From the NCBI RefSeq assembly GCF_006345805.1, contig NC_042999.1, forward strand, positions 153,326,001 to 153,390,000: DNA of 64,000 bases, given 5' to 3'. A program made the translations under genes and the position numbers. This document shows positions 26,773-39,634 of this stretch, piece by piece; positions within the stretch are counted from its first letter, which is position 1; each line of letters starts with the position of its first letter. The notes beneath the pieces are model-generated. The model was not told the origin of the DNA. It did not search any database and was given only the letters and a program-made list of their open reading frames with translations. This DNA comes from Octopus sinensis (lineage: Eukaryota).

Positions 26773-27110
26773 TCAAATGATTGAAACAATTAAAACAATA
26801 CACACACACATATATAAATTCTCCATGTGATCTTTTATGTTCCTCTTTATAGCTTTCCGTTTCTCAGCTACTTTCTTCCTTTCTTCCAAGGCTTCTCCTA
26901 GTGGCCCCTTCTGGCATGCACTTCCCGCTGGCAAACAGATAGTTGAATTGTAGTCCTCGTCGAGCTCTTCAACTTGTCTCCAAAATTCCCTCTTGATAGC
27001 ATCGTGCAACTGAATCACATCAAAGTCCTTGACGCGTTGATTCTTCTTTGAGAAAGCTGGAGCCTTTTTACTCTCCGTCGAAATTTACCATCTGGTTCTT
27101 GAAGAACAAT
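26773..27110 (-). other. Coding-like island of unknown origin (exon or TE/pseudogene remnant)
   Basis: Good acceptor (tatttcccAG|27110). A 31-codon frame overlaps a 103-codon open frame (27084-26773, ...IQLHDAIKREFWRQVEELDEDY...), whose end runs into a CA repeat/SINE. Confidence 0.25.
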
Positions 27111-27310
27111 CTGGGAAATATTGGGGAAATTTAATTTCAGTTCCAAAGGGGAAAATTGATGCATCTAGAAAATAGCTTTACTGTCAGAGTTCTTTCCCTT
27201 GAATTAGACTCTTAAGTCATTCGACTATCAATGCAAGCTTTCCTCTCTTTTTGCATATTCTTTGTGCGCGCGTGAGCGTGCTGCATGTCTGTGTGTGTGT
27301 GTGTGTGTGT

Positions 27311-27360
<50 letters not shown>

Positions 27361-27420
27361 TGTGTGTGCGTGTGTGCTTGTGTGTGTGCGTGCGTACGTG
27401 CGTGCACGACGTCTGCCTGG

Positions 27421-27478
<58 letters not shown>

Positions 27479-27514
27479 GTTTGTCTCTTCTCTCACTCTC
27501 TCATTCTTTCTCTT

Positions 27515-27561
<47 letters not shown>

Positions 27562-27707
27562 GTATATATATCTTCTTTTATTCTTTTACTTGTTTCAATC
27601 ATTCGACTGCGGCCATGTAGGAGCAGCACCTTTAGTCGAGCAAATCGACCCTAGGACTTATTCCTTGTAATGTATTATGTACACATTTATATATGTGTGC
27701 GTGAGTG

Positions 27708-27755
<48 letters not shown>

Positions 27756-27940
27756 CGCACACGCACGCACACACTCGTTTAACTGTGGGTCGTTGAATTG
27801 TACTTCATAAAAGAGCGCGTACTTTTTCCACGCGTTTGAAACATGGTCCGTTAAAGGGAAATAATTCACACAGCAGGGACTAAACACTTAACGCCACTTT
27901 TTATTTTGACATACTGATTTCTCTCGCTTAACTCTAAATA

Positions 27941-28011
<71 letters not shown>

Positions 28012-28067
28012 TGTGAGTGTGTGTTATTTATTTGAGGCACATGAAACGGCAAAGTACGAATGTTATA

Positions 28068-28458
28068 TACTTTCTACTCTTGGCACAAAGCCCGAAATTT
28101 GGGGAGAAGAGTCGGCAGTTGATTACATCGACCTCAGTACGCAACTGGTACTTAATTTATCGACCCCGAAAGGATGAAAGGCAAAGACTTCGGCGAAATT
28201 TGAACTCAGAACGTAACGACAGATGAAATACCTATTTCTTTACTACCCACAAGGGGCCAAACACAGAGAGGACAAACAAGGACAGACAAACAGATTAAGT
28301 CGATTACATCGACCCCAGTGCGTAACTGGTACTTAATTTATCGACCCCGAAAGAATGAAAGGCAAAGTCGACCTTGACGGAATTTGAACTCAGAACGTAA
28401 CGACAGACGAAATACGGCTACGCATTTCGCCCAGAGTGCTAACGATTCTGCCAGCTTT
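28068..28458 (-). mobile_element. SINE family A dimer (tail-A then tail-B)
   Basis: Head at ~28458; junction aaagaaata|ggtatttc at ~28231. Confidence 0.85.
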
Positions 28459-28634
28459 CGAATGTAGGTATATAGACAGTGACAAATATATTTACGGCGT
28501 TCATGTATACTGAAGCATTGAAAGATTTTCGGTGAGAAAACTGACTCTGAGAGCAATTCTTCTTATAGACAATGTCTGTGAAAAAACACGCCACTCAACT
28601 ATGAATGGTGTTTCTGTCAGTTTCTGCATATTAT

Positions 28635-29120
28635 TGCATATCTAGACATGTTCATATATATTTTAATGATAAACTTCTTCTAAGTTTTACAGATTTTTAC
28701 AGTTCCAGTGATGAATTGGATCTGTAGTCTTCGAGTTAGCTTTCTCCTTTTTGATTTTGAGAATCCTAATTCCTCAAGATTGGCATTTAGGCAGTGTGCC
28801 ACATATCCTAGGGCCACAATAATTACAGGTATAAGCGTGAACTTGTAATCTGGATGAAATAACTGTAGGTTCCTCAATAGTTCAGCATAAATGTTATCTT
28901 TTTCAGCTTTATGTTAACATCCACTGGGCAGCTACTTTTCACAGCTGTGCACAGATTCTCTTCTCAGTGTCAAATCATTATACCATGACTGTTGTGCTTA
29001 CATTATATTGAGGTCCTCAGTGGGACATTCCACCCGTATTCCTTTTTATTATGAGTGGCTATGGCTTCTAATATACTGTGGGTTCTTATTTCTTTGTCCT
29101 CAGAGTTCTCTTTCCGACAG
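28635..29120 (-). mobile_element. 3' fragment of a second REL-endonuclease LINE family
   Basis: ...LRNLQLFHPDYKFTLIPVIIVALGYV...ITGTVKICKT. Homologous to 63330-63870; 5' end abuts (CATA)n. Confidence 0.8.
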
Positions 29121-29424
29121 ATATGTATGCATGTATGCGTGTATGTGAGTGTTGTGCGTGTGTGTGTGTATGTGTGTATGTATGTATGTATGTATGTATG
29201 TATGTATGTATGTATGTATGTGTATGTATGTATGTATGTATGTATGTATGCATGTATGTATGTGTATGTGCTTGTGTGTGTGAATATATATATATGTACA
29301 TACAAGCATATATATATATATATATATGATGTACTGTTCCGTGATAGAAAATTCAGCAAAATATCACTCCATCTGGTGAGAGATAAATATTTTTTATTTA
29401 AAGGTCACAATACGTGTATTAAAG

Positions 29425-29476
29425 AGCTACTAATAGTTTCATATGTTGAGAAAACTCAAACGTATTCTTCAGGTGC
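29425..29476 (-). ncRNA. Degenerate hammerhead motif at the 3' end of the Penelope-like element
   Basis: CUGAAGA-AUACG.UUGAG(UUUU)CUCAA.CAUAU-GAAA-CUAUUAGUA; stems II and III plausible, stem I lost. Confidence 0.4.
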
Positions 29477-31089
29477 AAACAACATATCATTACGAACTAA
29501 AAAAAAAATTGAACAGGAAAACGCGAAAAAACTGAAAAGGCAGCATTGAGAAAACGCAGGCGGTAACAACGGGAAACAAAAACACAAAAGTAAACCGGAA
29601 AAAAATAATAAAATCTAAAAGTGAAAAATGTAAAGGAGTTATCTCCCTTAGAGCTTAAATGATAACGCTGGAAAGATAACAAGATAGGGAAAGGCACTAT
29701 TTTTATTAACATTTACTAATAAAGGAGGTTGTTTTTAATAATAGTGTCGACTATCTCTGATTTAGTTTCAGATTTAGAATTCTTGTAAATTATTTCTCTT
29801 TTGCCTTTCATTGTTGAGCATTTTTTTCTTTTATTCGGTAAAAGGGAAAAAGAAGGGAGCTGGCCGAAACGTTAGCACGCCGGGTGAAATGCTTAGCGAC
29901 ATTTCGTCTGAGTTCAAATTCCGCCGAGGTCGACTTTGTCTTTCATCTTTTCAGGGTCGATAAATTAAATACCAGTTGCGTACGGGGGCGGTCTAATCTA
30001 CTGCCCCACTTCCCCAAAATTTCGGGCCTTGTGCCAACAGTAGAAAAGATTCTCTATAAAAGGGGAATATTTTAAATTTTCCATTCGCACAAACGTCTAG
30101 ATCTTTACTACAAAGAACGTTTCTAAGAAATGAATCTTTAACATGGTGTTTGTGCTTATTTACACGTCTGCTTATTTTTGTCCCGGTTTTCCCAATATAA
30201 TTCTCGTTGCGTTGCGGGCCTATGATGCAGTAGATGAGATTGTTTGCTTTACAATTCATGTTTGCATTCATTTTCAATCCCTACCTGTTCATGAATCGTT
30301 TGGTTGTTTCTTGTTTAATCATTTCTCTCGTCCCATAATGAGGGCCTCCACAGTTTGTTACCTGCATTATTTCTTTTCTTTCTGCAAAGTGAATCTCGCC
30401 TTTGTTATGAAACTTTTTGAGATTCTGTGGTTGCCTTCGGCTGTCGATGATTTATGATTCTTTAATAATTTGTCGGATATCCGATAACTGATATAGAATT
30501 GGGTGGTTTCGTTTGACCGAGTGTAGGATGTTGTGGTTCCTAGTATTACGGGTGACAACAAATAAATAGAATCTTTATATTTGTGTTTTCGTTTGCACTC
30601 TTAGTGTTAAAGCTTCTCCGTAAGGCAAAGATCAGAGTTTCTTTTGCTTTGTTTACGGCATGATCGATTAGATTTTGGGGGTATTTCTGGTTTTGAAGGA
30701 ACATATCTACATCCACCAACCGTTTCTCTCATTTAATTGTGCGTCTAATTATTGATCATAGACGGCTTGTCATTTTGAATAGGACGTTCTTTTTTGTGAG
30801 AGAACGGTAGCAAGAACTAAAATTTTAAAATCTGTGTGTGTCTACTCCTTGCAATAAAGATCGGTTCTAGCTCTCTTATTTTCTTTAATTGTTAGAAAGA
30901 GCTGAAAATGGATGTCTCTTCCATTCCTTTCCATATTGAACTGGATCGAACAACGTTCATGAAATTTGTTCTGTAATCTAAAGAATCTTGCAAGACCCAC
31001 CTTACTTTTGTTACAAAATATGAAGCAGTCACTCAAGGATTTTTTCCAGTTCCCTTTTAAATAGTATTGGAAATGTTGATCAAAAGTAA

Positions 31090-31384
31090 TCGTTATATAT
31101 AAAACTGTAGTTGTGTGTGTGAGTGTCTGTCCCCTTCGATTTAGATTCCTAACTACTCTCACATTTTGCGGTGCAGTTTAACCAAAAGCGGGTATCTTAT
31201 AGTCGTGATTCATATCGAGCCCTTCTGGGTATTAGCGCGCGTCTACGATTAAAAAAAATTACCATCATTCTTTCGCATTTTTAATCCATTTTTCGCTCGG
31301 TTTTATATAAGGAAGAAACTCTCTAAAAATGCTTATATAGTTATTTCCCTTACAAACCCGAGCAACGCCGGGCGATACTGCTAG
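31090..31384 (+). mobile_element. Non-autonomous Helitron
   Basis: A|TC...tatatataaaactg 5' end; 3' hairpin cccg-agcaacgc-cggg then CTAG|T; inserted into the Penelope RT remnant. Confidence 0.8.
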
Positions 31385-32444
31385 TTCTAGATAAAGTATA
31401 AATTCTTTCTTCCATGTATCCCATTACTAGTGTCGCAAACATCGTCCCCATTGCCATACCTTGTATCAGAAACTCGTCTCTTCGGCTTATATCCATATAT
31501 GGTATACAGAACTGAAACGATATTAAACTATAGATGCTAACAGAGTATCGTACTTTGTTTGCAGCTGACATATTTCGTCAAGGCATTTGACTATAGGGTA
31601 CATGCCAATGATAAGCCCCAAGAAGGGTGAAACAATGTCTGGCGTTCCCGTAATTCAATACTAGGATGATGTTCGTGTCGCTCCGATATTTATTGTTTTC
31701 TTAAAACAACCAAAACCACTGCATTATGCTTGTCAATGATGTATATATGTCAAATTCTGCTTTAATTACGTACACTGAGTTTATTTCAGCTCGGTAAGCT
31801 TTCCGCAATATCAGTGAATGTATTATTCACTGCTCTTTATATATCCCTTTTCTACTCTAGGCAAAAGGCCCGAAATTTGGTGGGAGGGGGCCAGTCGATT
31901 AGATCGACCCCAGTACGCAACTGGTACTTAATTTATCGACCTCGAAAGGATGAAAGGCAAGGTCGACCACGGCGAAATTTGAACTCAGAACGAAATACTG
32001 AGACGAAATACTGCTAAGCATTTCGCCCTGCGTGTTAACGTTTCTGCCAGCTCGCTGCCTTACTGTTCTTTATATATCGGAAGTGATAAATTTCGTTTAG
32101 GCATGTGACTACAGGTTATTAATAGTTTAAAAAAAGTACTGGCCGATGGTGTCGCACAGACAGATCAAACTTCTAACAACGTTAGCGGGGATCAAAATTC
32201 TTGACGGTATAGCCTTGAATAATTCGACTTTAGAATTTAGAATTGAGATCGAATTTCTTTAGGCTAATATCTTTTCTTTTATCGTTTATCTGCTACTAGT
32301 TTCAGCTAAGGACTATGGCCATGCTAGAGCACTGCTATTAGTGCGATTGTTAGTGTATTTCGATCTTAATTCCTGACCCTCTTCCCGGATTTGGTTCTGG
32401 AGAAACAGTGTAGTGGACACAATTACCATGATATATGCAAAGAG

Positions 32445-32468
32445 AGATTCTTCTTCTTCTTCTTCTTC

Positions 32469-32500
<32 letters not shown>

Positions 32501-33160
32501 CTTCTCCTCCTCCTCCTCCATTTTCCTCTTCTTCTTCTTCTTCTTCTTCTTCTTCTCCTTCTTCTTCTTCTTCTCCTCCTCCTTGTTCCTCTTCTCCTCT
32601 TTTCTTCTTCTTCTTCTTCTCTTCTCTTCTTCTTCTCCCGCTTCCTCCTCCTCCTCCTCCTCTTATGTTCCTCCTTTTTTCTTCTTCTCCTCCTCCTCCT
32701 TCTTCTTCTTCTTCTTCTTCTCCTTTCTTCTCCTTCTTCTTCTTCTTCTTCTTCTTCTCTCCTCCTTGTTCTTCTTCTTCTTCTTCTCTCCTCCTCCTGT
32801 TCCCTCTTCTTCTTCTCCTCTTTTTTCTCCTTTCTTTCTCTTCTTTCTCCTCCTCCTTGTTTCCTCTCTTTCTTCTCTTCCCTTCTTCTCTCCTCTTCTT
32901 CTCTTCTCTTCTTCTTCTTCTCCTCTCCTCCTCTCCTTGTTCCTCTTCTTCTCTTTTTTCCTCCTCTTCCTTCTTCTTTCTTCTTCTTCCCCTTTTTTTT
33001 CTTTCTTCTTCTTCTTCTTCTTTTCTCTCCTCCTCCTCTCCTCCTTGTTCCTCTTCTTCTTCTACTCCTCTCTCCTCCTCCTCCTCCGCTTGTTCCTCTC
33101 CTCCTCCTCCTCCTTCCTTCTTCTTCTTCTTCTTCTTCTTCTTCTTCTTCTTCTTCTTCC
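32445..33160. repeat. ~715-bp polypyrimidine (CTT/CCT)n tract
   Basis: Almost only C/T on the + strand; source of five artefactual long ORFs. Confidence 0.95.
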
Positions 33161-33639
33161 ATGTTTGCATGTTCGATCAAGCACATATCGATGTCACTCA
33201 CTTATCACATTTTCTCACTACATATTGACCTAATTCCCATAAAATCAATCAATCAATCGCTATTGATCCGATAATGTGTTTATTGTATTAAGTCATCGTG
33301 AGGATGCCAGATAGCAGCATCAATAGATCGATGGACGAAATCTTCCCCTCAATTTAGTTACATGCCTTTACATTCAGTGGATTGCGCCCATGCTGGGATA
33401 GCCCTTCAAAGGTGTTTTAATCTGTGATATCCATCTTAATATTTCTATTATTGACTTGAGGAAGCCGCTTATAATAATCACGCTAATCCTTCATCAACAG
33501 CTTATTGCTATCAAAATTAGTGGCTTCCGACCATTTCATCTACTTAATGCTATGAGTTAACCGAATTGGCAACCATTCCTTCAGAATCAGATTCCAGAAG
33601 AAACTTCAATGATATCTGTCAATTGTACTTTTTTTTTTA

Positions 33640-34222
33640 TATTTCTTTACTGCCCACAGAGGGGATACACACAGAGGAGACAAACAAGGACAGACAAACG
33701 GACTAAGTCGATTATATCGACCCCAGTGCGTAACTGGTACTTATTTAATCGACCCCGAAAGGATGAAAGGTAAAGTCAACCTCGGCAGAATTTGAACTCA
33801 GAACGTAACGGCAGACGAAATACCTATTTCTTTATTACCCACAAGGGGCTAAACACAGAGGGGACAAACAAGAACAGACATAGGTATTAAGTCGATTAGA
33901 TCGACCCCAGTGCGTAACTGGTGCTTATTTAATCGACCTCGAAAGGATGAAAGGCAAAGTCGACCTCGGCGGAATTTGAACTCAGAACGTAGCGGCAGAC
34001 GAAATACCTATTTCTTTATTACCCACAAGGGGCTAAACATAGAGGGGACAAACAAGGACAGACACACGGATTAAGTGGATTATATCGACCCCAGTGCGTA
34101 ACTGGTACTTATTTAATCGACCCCGAAAGGATGAAAGGTAAAGTCGACCCCGGCGGAATTTGAACTCGGAATACCGCAAAGCATTTCGCCCGGCGTGCTA
34201 ACGTTTCTGCCAGCTCTCCGCC
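33640..34222 (-). mobile_element. SINE family A trimer
   Basis: Three tail-A units with the same junction and one head. Confidence 0.88.
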
Positions 34223-34869
34223 TTTGTGTTTTAAAGTCTGTCAGTCAACAGCTGGTCTTAAAGGTCATCTGAGGGCTCATCAACGGAGGGATTGTGCTGT
34301 GTGATGGGGAGTGATGTGTGTGTGTGTGTGTGTGTGTGTGTGTTGCTGGGATGGCTATCATCCGTCAAGAAGAAGCAGTCCACTCACAAGGCATTGGTCG
34401 GCCCAAGGCTATTATAGTAGAAAGATACTCTCGCCCAAGGTACCACACCTACAAATATCTATATGCTGTGCATCTCCTTTGCTACGTTTTGATTTAAAAT
34501 TCAAACTTGTAACCCCGCCGTGATTAATACAGTAGTGATTATCTCCCTTACAATAAACACCGCCAGGGAATACGACGCGCTTAAGTAATTTGAAGAGCAA
34601 AGAAGACTCCAGTGAATTCTTTTATTCTTTTATTCTTTTATCTGTTTCAGTCATTTGACTGCGGTTATGCTGAGCACTGCCTTTAGCTGAACAAATCGGC
34701 TCGAGCTTATTCGTTGTAAGCTTAGTACTTATTCTATCGTTCTCTTTTGCCGAACCGCTAGATTACGGAAATGTAAACACACCAGCATTGGTTGTCAAGC
34801 GATGGTGGGAGACAAGCACAGACACACGAACACACACACACATACACACATACACACACACACACACAC

Positions 34870-34905
<36 letters not shown>

Positions 34906-34974
34906 TACATATATGACGGGCTTCTTTCAGTTTTTTTTAGGGGGTCTGTACTTGTGCATAATACGCATCCCTTC

Positions 34975-35401
34975 TCTAACTTGAGTCGTGCGTAATTAAA
35001 CCAGCAGCACCTAGTCGAACAAACACTTCCGCGCATGCGTAATACAATAATGGTGATGTTCTTAACTGTTATATGGGAATGTAAATATGCTTGCAAATTG
35101 TTTTTGTTACATATTATTATGTGTTCTGAATACTTTTATGTTAATAAATGTTGCTTACTGCAAACTATGGATGATTCTTTTATGACTTCTTTTATGACTT
35201 CATTGATGATAGCTTAGCTTAAAGTATTTTGGCGCCCGACATCACAAAATGCGTCTGAATAAACATTGCCGGACAGCAAATAGAGACTCGGACATTGCTT
35301 AGAAAATATTTTTCATTTTTAACCTCGTATATAGTACACACTAGGGATTTTGACCTTTAAATTTTGGGGAAAAAATGCGGATTATACTCGAGGATTTACG
35401 G
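34975..35401. mobile_element. pogo/Tigger-type non-autonomous element right end
   Basis: Ends ttatactcgaggatttacgg|TA, resembling pogo-family TIRs; left end not located. Confidence 0.45.
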
Positions 35402-35827
35402 TAATTAATTGATTATTTGCTTTGGTAGTTTAATTGGTGAGTGCTAAGTGTTGGTTTAATTTTGGTCGGGGTGATCGAGGAATAATGATGAAAGTATTGA
35501 TAACTTCTTTACTTTGAAATTTTTGTTGAATAATACATCAAAAGTTTTGCTTAGAAGTTAAGTTTCTTATATAGGTACAAGACCTGAAATTTGGGGAGGG
35601 ATCAATTGATTACATCGACTCCAGTACTTGGTCTTATTATTTTATCAGCTTCGGAAGAATGAAAGGCAAAGTTGAACGAGTGGAATATAAATCCAGAAAC
35701 GTAAAGTGCCTGAAGAAATGCCGCTGAACATTGTATCCGAAGAGCTGACGACTCTATGTTTGGCCATGTTGCTCAATTTTCCGAGTTAGACCCTGCTTAC
35801 AGCGTTCTCTTCACCGAAGATCCGGCT

Positions 35828-36352
35828 GAATTTTTTTTTTCTCGCTAGAGTTCCGGACCCCAGTTATGAACTCATTTGCATACAGCCAATCAGAGCTCAA
35901 CTATCAAACTAATTAATGAGCGCATAACAAGTGATGGGCGATAAGATAAGGTCACTTGGTTAAGGAATGACCATGCTTCTTTTCTCTTTTAACAATGCTT
36001 GCAGTTCTTGTTCTTGTTTCAGCCATGGCTGCCTCTGCGTAGTTATTTGTGTTGTTGTTTACTTTGTAAAACCGTAAGGGGAGAGGGTTTCTAGCACAAC
36101 ACTCCCTACCCACATTTTTCCCATCCACATCTTTACCATATGGGGCCCTAACAAAATCCGATAATAGGTAAAGATGCAAATCTATCTAATTACTTGTTTC
36201 CTTCTAAAATCAGGCATAACATGGCGATCGGTAGATTTACAACACCGTTCTACGTCTTGAGTTTACTTGTTAGAGTGTCAACGTGAGCTCTGATTGGCGG
36301 TATGCAAACAGGTCCATTACTGGAGTCCGGAACTCTCGTGGAAAAAAAGTTC
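35828..36352. promoter_or_regulatory. Inverted pair of octamer+CCAAT modules facing each other
   Basis: The 53-bp core matches 46/53 without gaps. ATTTGCAT (35874) + CCAAT (35886) on +; ATGCAAAC + ATTGG in the mirror copy. Function not shown. Confidence 0.4.
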
Positions 36353-36859
36353 GCGATCCAGCTGGGTTGACGGCTCGTGTTGGTCAACCACATGTCACAA
36401 AGTCATAGCAGATGGGGAGGTATCTCGGGGAATAGGAGAATGCAGCAACGCGTTGCAACGGCGTATAGATGGATATGTTGATGAGCCATCCAATGTAACT
36501 CTACTCAGAAGGCTGTAATATTATTTGACACGAGACCCGGTATAAGGAATACATAAAACAAGGCTGTGACTTTAAATGCATTTAATGCCGGCCACACGTA
36601 CATATACACAAGTTGAATGATAAATGGAAGTCGTTGATAGACATTTATTCATATATCTACATGCATCTGCGTGGGTTGCATGTTTGCTGTTAACCCTGGT
36701 GAGAACTTCACAAACAGCGATATGTTAGAGCGTCTGCAGTGTGTTGGTACTGTGTAGAAATGTTGTTGACGACGTTGTTGAGAGACATGATGGTGGCGAC
36801 AAAGATGGAGGTCGCTGTAATGTGGTCAGTGGTTAGACTTTAGAAGGTCTGGAATCAAC

Positions 36860-37030
36860 AGGCCGCGAGACTAGGAAGAGGTAAGCTTCTATAGCCAAAG
36901 GTAGGCTGAAATGTAGTTTAGAACAGACTGTCTCACGTGATTTATTCGGAGGCTGTGATTGGTTGGGTTGCATATTGGCGCACGATAGAGTAAAGGGAAA
37001 TCGCGCCAATACCAACCAATCAGAATGGTA
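36860..37030. promoter_or_regulatory. Candidate (possibly bidirectional) promoter
   Basis: Four CCAAT boxes (ATTGG 36958, 36974; CCAAT 37006, 37016), palindromic E-box TCACGTGA (36933), several CpGs, non-repetitive DNA. Confidence 0.4.
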
Positions 37031-37522
37031 GACACCATGGGGTTCAAAACAGCGTCCAAAGGTTAGCTGTTAACTGCTACGATCATAAGTCTTTATATAT
37101 ATTAGAGAGAGGAAGTTCACTCTACAGGTGCATGCGCCCACGTCTGACCAGCGTACGATTCTGCCAGTTCGCCGCCTTTGTTTAGATGGTAAGATATCAT
37201 AGGGTTAACAGCGTAATTCTTTTTTGAGAATTCATATTATTAAAAAGCAGGATAAATGGCTCAATCGTTGTTAGTTTCTGGCTTAACTGCTTAACTGGCT
37301 TAACTTTGCTTCACATCCACATCACACCCCATGGCCTCCTTTAAAGGTAGTGTGTAAATGTAGCGGCTCCTTTCCAATATCAAAGAATAATTTTTTAACC
37401 TGATGTTGCAAGGTAGACAGATAATAATTTTATTATTTATTTGTATTTGGCATGGTATGCGAGCCCTATTGGAATAGTATATATCTTACGGTTAGGCGAA
37501 GGCCTGTTTTTAAGTTTATTTC

Positions 37523-37565
<43 letters not shown>

Positions 37566-37872
37566 TATATATATACATACATATGCGTGCATACATACAG
37601 GCAAACATACATGGATGCATACATACATACATGCATGCATGCATACATAAATACGTACATACATATGTATGCATATACCTGTTTATATATGTGTATGCGT
37701 GTGTGCATATATGTATATGTGTGTGTGAGTGTGTGTATGTATGTATACATATATATACATATTCATATACATCTATACATACATATATATATACATATGT
37801 ATATGTATTTATATATGTACATATATATGTATGTATATATGCATATGTATATATATATATATATATATGTGT

Positions 37873-37919
<47 letters not shown>

Positions 37920-37954
37920 TATATATGTATGTATATATATATGTATAATATATG

Positions 37955-37992
<38 letters not shown>

Positions 37993-38633
37993 TAACCGCA
38001 CATATGTGTGTTGCTCTCATTAATAGATTTCCCTGACATTCCACCTTTCGACCGGGGACAATCTGTCCCTTACACAACAAAATCACATGTCATCTCCCCC
38101 CACCCTCCCACTTCTTCCTCTCTCCTGCACTAACCCAGCTACCCACCCCCCAATACCCTTCACATTCATCCTCTACATGCATAACAGATGGTGTGTGTGT
38201 GTGTGTCTTAATACTGACACTTTACACCACTTGGCATTAGATTTATCAAAGGCCGAGCTAATTGGTGTTTCGTGAGAACATAATGCCTGCTGTGACTTCT
38301 AACATGAAAACACGTACACTCTCTCGAGGGAAGAAACAAACAAAAAGACTATTCTAATTGACAGTTTCGAGAAAGGCAAAGCAATAACTTTTACGAAAAC
38401 TCAACCAGTCTCCTTAAATTTATGAGCTGTGAGCATTGGGCCTAATGAAGTCAATTTGGCATCGTTTAGAGCAGTTTTCAACAACTTTTATCATCGTAAC
38501 CCATTCTGCCAAATCAATAATTCTCAGCAACAAGCAGATTTTTCTCAAAAAAATTATTGTTTTTTTACTTAATTAACAATAAATTTGCTAAAAATTCAAT
38601 AAAATTCCTTGATGGAAATTCCTTGAGAAAATA

Positions 38634-38672
<39 letters not shown>

Positions 38673-38818
38673 CACACACACAGACACACACGCTCTCTCT
38701 CTCTCTCTCACACACACACACTCACTCTCTCTCTTTCTCACACATACACACACTCTCTCTGTCCCACACACATACACACACACTCTCTCTCTCCCACGCA
38801 CACACACACTCTCTCGTA

Positions 38819-38851
<33 letters not shown>

Positions 38852-39594
38852 TCTTTCACACACACTTTCTCTCTCTCTCACATACTCTCTCTCACACAAA
38901 CACTCTCTCACTCTCTCTCTCTCTCTCACACACACTCTCTCTTTCAATCTCTTCCACACACTCTCTCACTCTCTCTCACTCTCACACACACTCACTCTCA
39001 CACACGCTCACTCTCACACACACTCACACACACAAATACTCTCTCTCGCTCTTTCTCACACACACACTCTCCCTCTCACCCTTTATGCCATCATCGTGCA
39101 GGCTTGCTGTGTGGTAAGAAGTGTCTTTCCAAACCACATAGTTTTGCGTTCATTCCCACTGCGTACCACCTTGGACAAGTACCTTCTACTATAGCCTCGG
39201 ACCGACCAAAGCCTTCTGGGTAGATTTGGTACACGGAAGCTAAAAGGTACTCGTCGTATACATGCTTGTCAAACGGCTAAGTTATGGGGACCTAAAGAAA
39301 GCAACACCAATTGTGAAGCATTGTCACAAGCTTAGAAAAGAAAGATATGCACATGTATGTATGTCTGTGTGAGTGAGCGAAAGAAGAGTTTAATTCAGTT
39401 CTATGCAGCTTAAAGTTTGGAAGCTGGTCAAACAAGCCCCCTTACACATCAAATCGCATAGAATTTGATGATTTCTACCAGTCTGATGAGTCAGATGCGT
39501 TTGACGAGCCTACGGAACTTTAAGAAAAAGGAGGTGGTCAGAATTTTGGATAATTCATTATTAAACAATCCTCAGATATTATACGAATATATAT

Positions 39595-39631
<37 letters not shown>

Positions 39632-39634
39632 GGA

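Larger units (their letters stand above)
29380..31740 (-). mobile_element. Degenerate Penelope-like element (RT + GIY-YIG), split by a Helitron and a SINE
   Basis: Fragments IQGMAMGT...ATLVMGYMEE, NWKKSLSDCFIF (decayed YxDD region), TDLYCK, and GIY-YIG NLIYCII...NYIGKTG; hammerhead-like motif at the 3' end (~29425-29476). Confidence 0.82.

Noticed and set aside
27075-27090. AAATTTC slippery heptamer as a programmed -1 frameshift
   Set aside because: Its register would shift into the short 31-codon frame, not the long one, and no downstream structure was seen.
32115-32204. Possible terminal exon VINSLKKVLADGVAQTDQTSNNVSGDQNS*
   Set aside because: Weak acceptor, short, no partner exon or homology; the opposite strand is equally open.
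32313-33274. Five ORFs of 271-285 aa (poly-E/K/R, poly-S/F/L)
   Set aside because: Translations of a (CTT/CCT)n tract that lacks stop codons.
35952-36179. 75-aa minus-strand ORF as a gene
   Set aside because: No domain, weak splice signals; covered as part of the inverted-module finding.
37437-38086. Many 60-230-aa ORFs rich in IY/MYVC/HTHT/IYLS, here and throughout the window
   Set aside because: Read-through of di- and tetranucleotide microsatellites; no splice or domain support.
39480-39520. Hammerhead-like CUGAUGAG-stem-GAGC (duplicated near 40815)
   Set aside because: GAAA is replaced by GAGC and no stem I or III could be formed.
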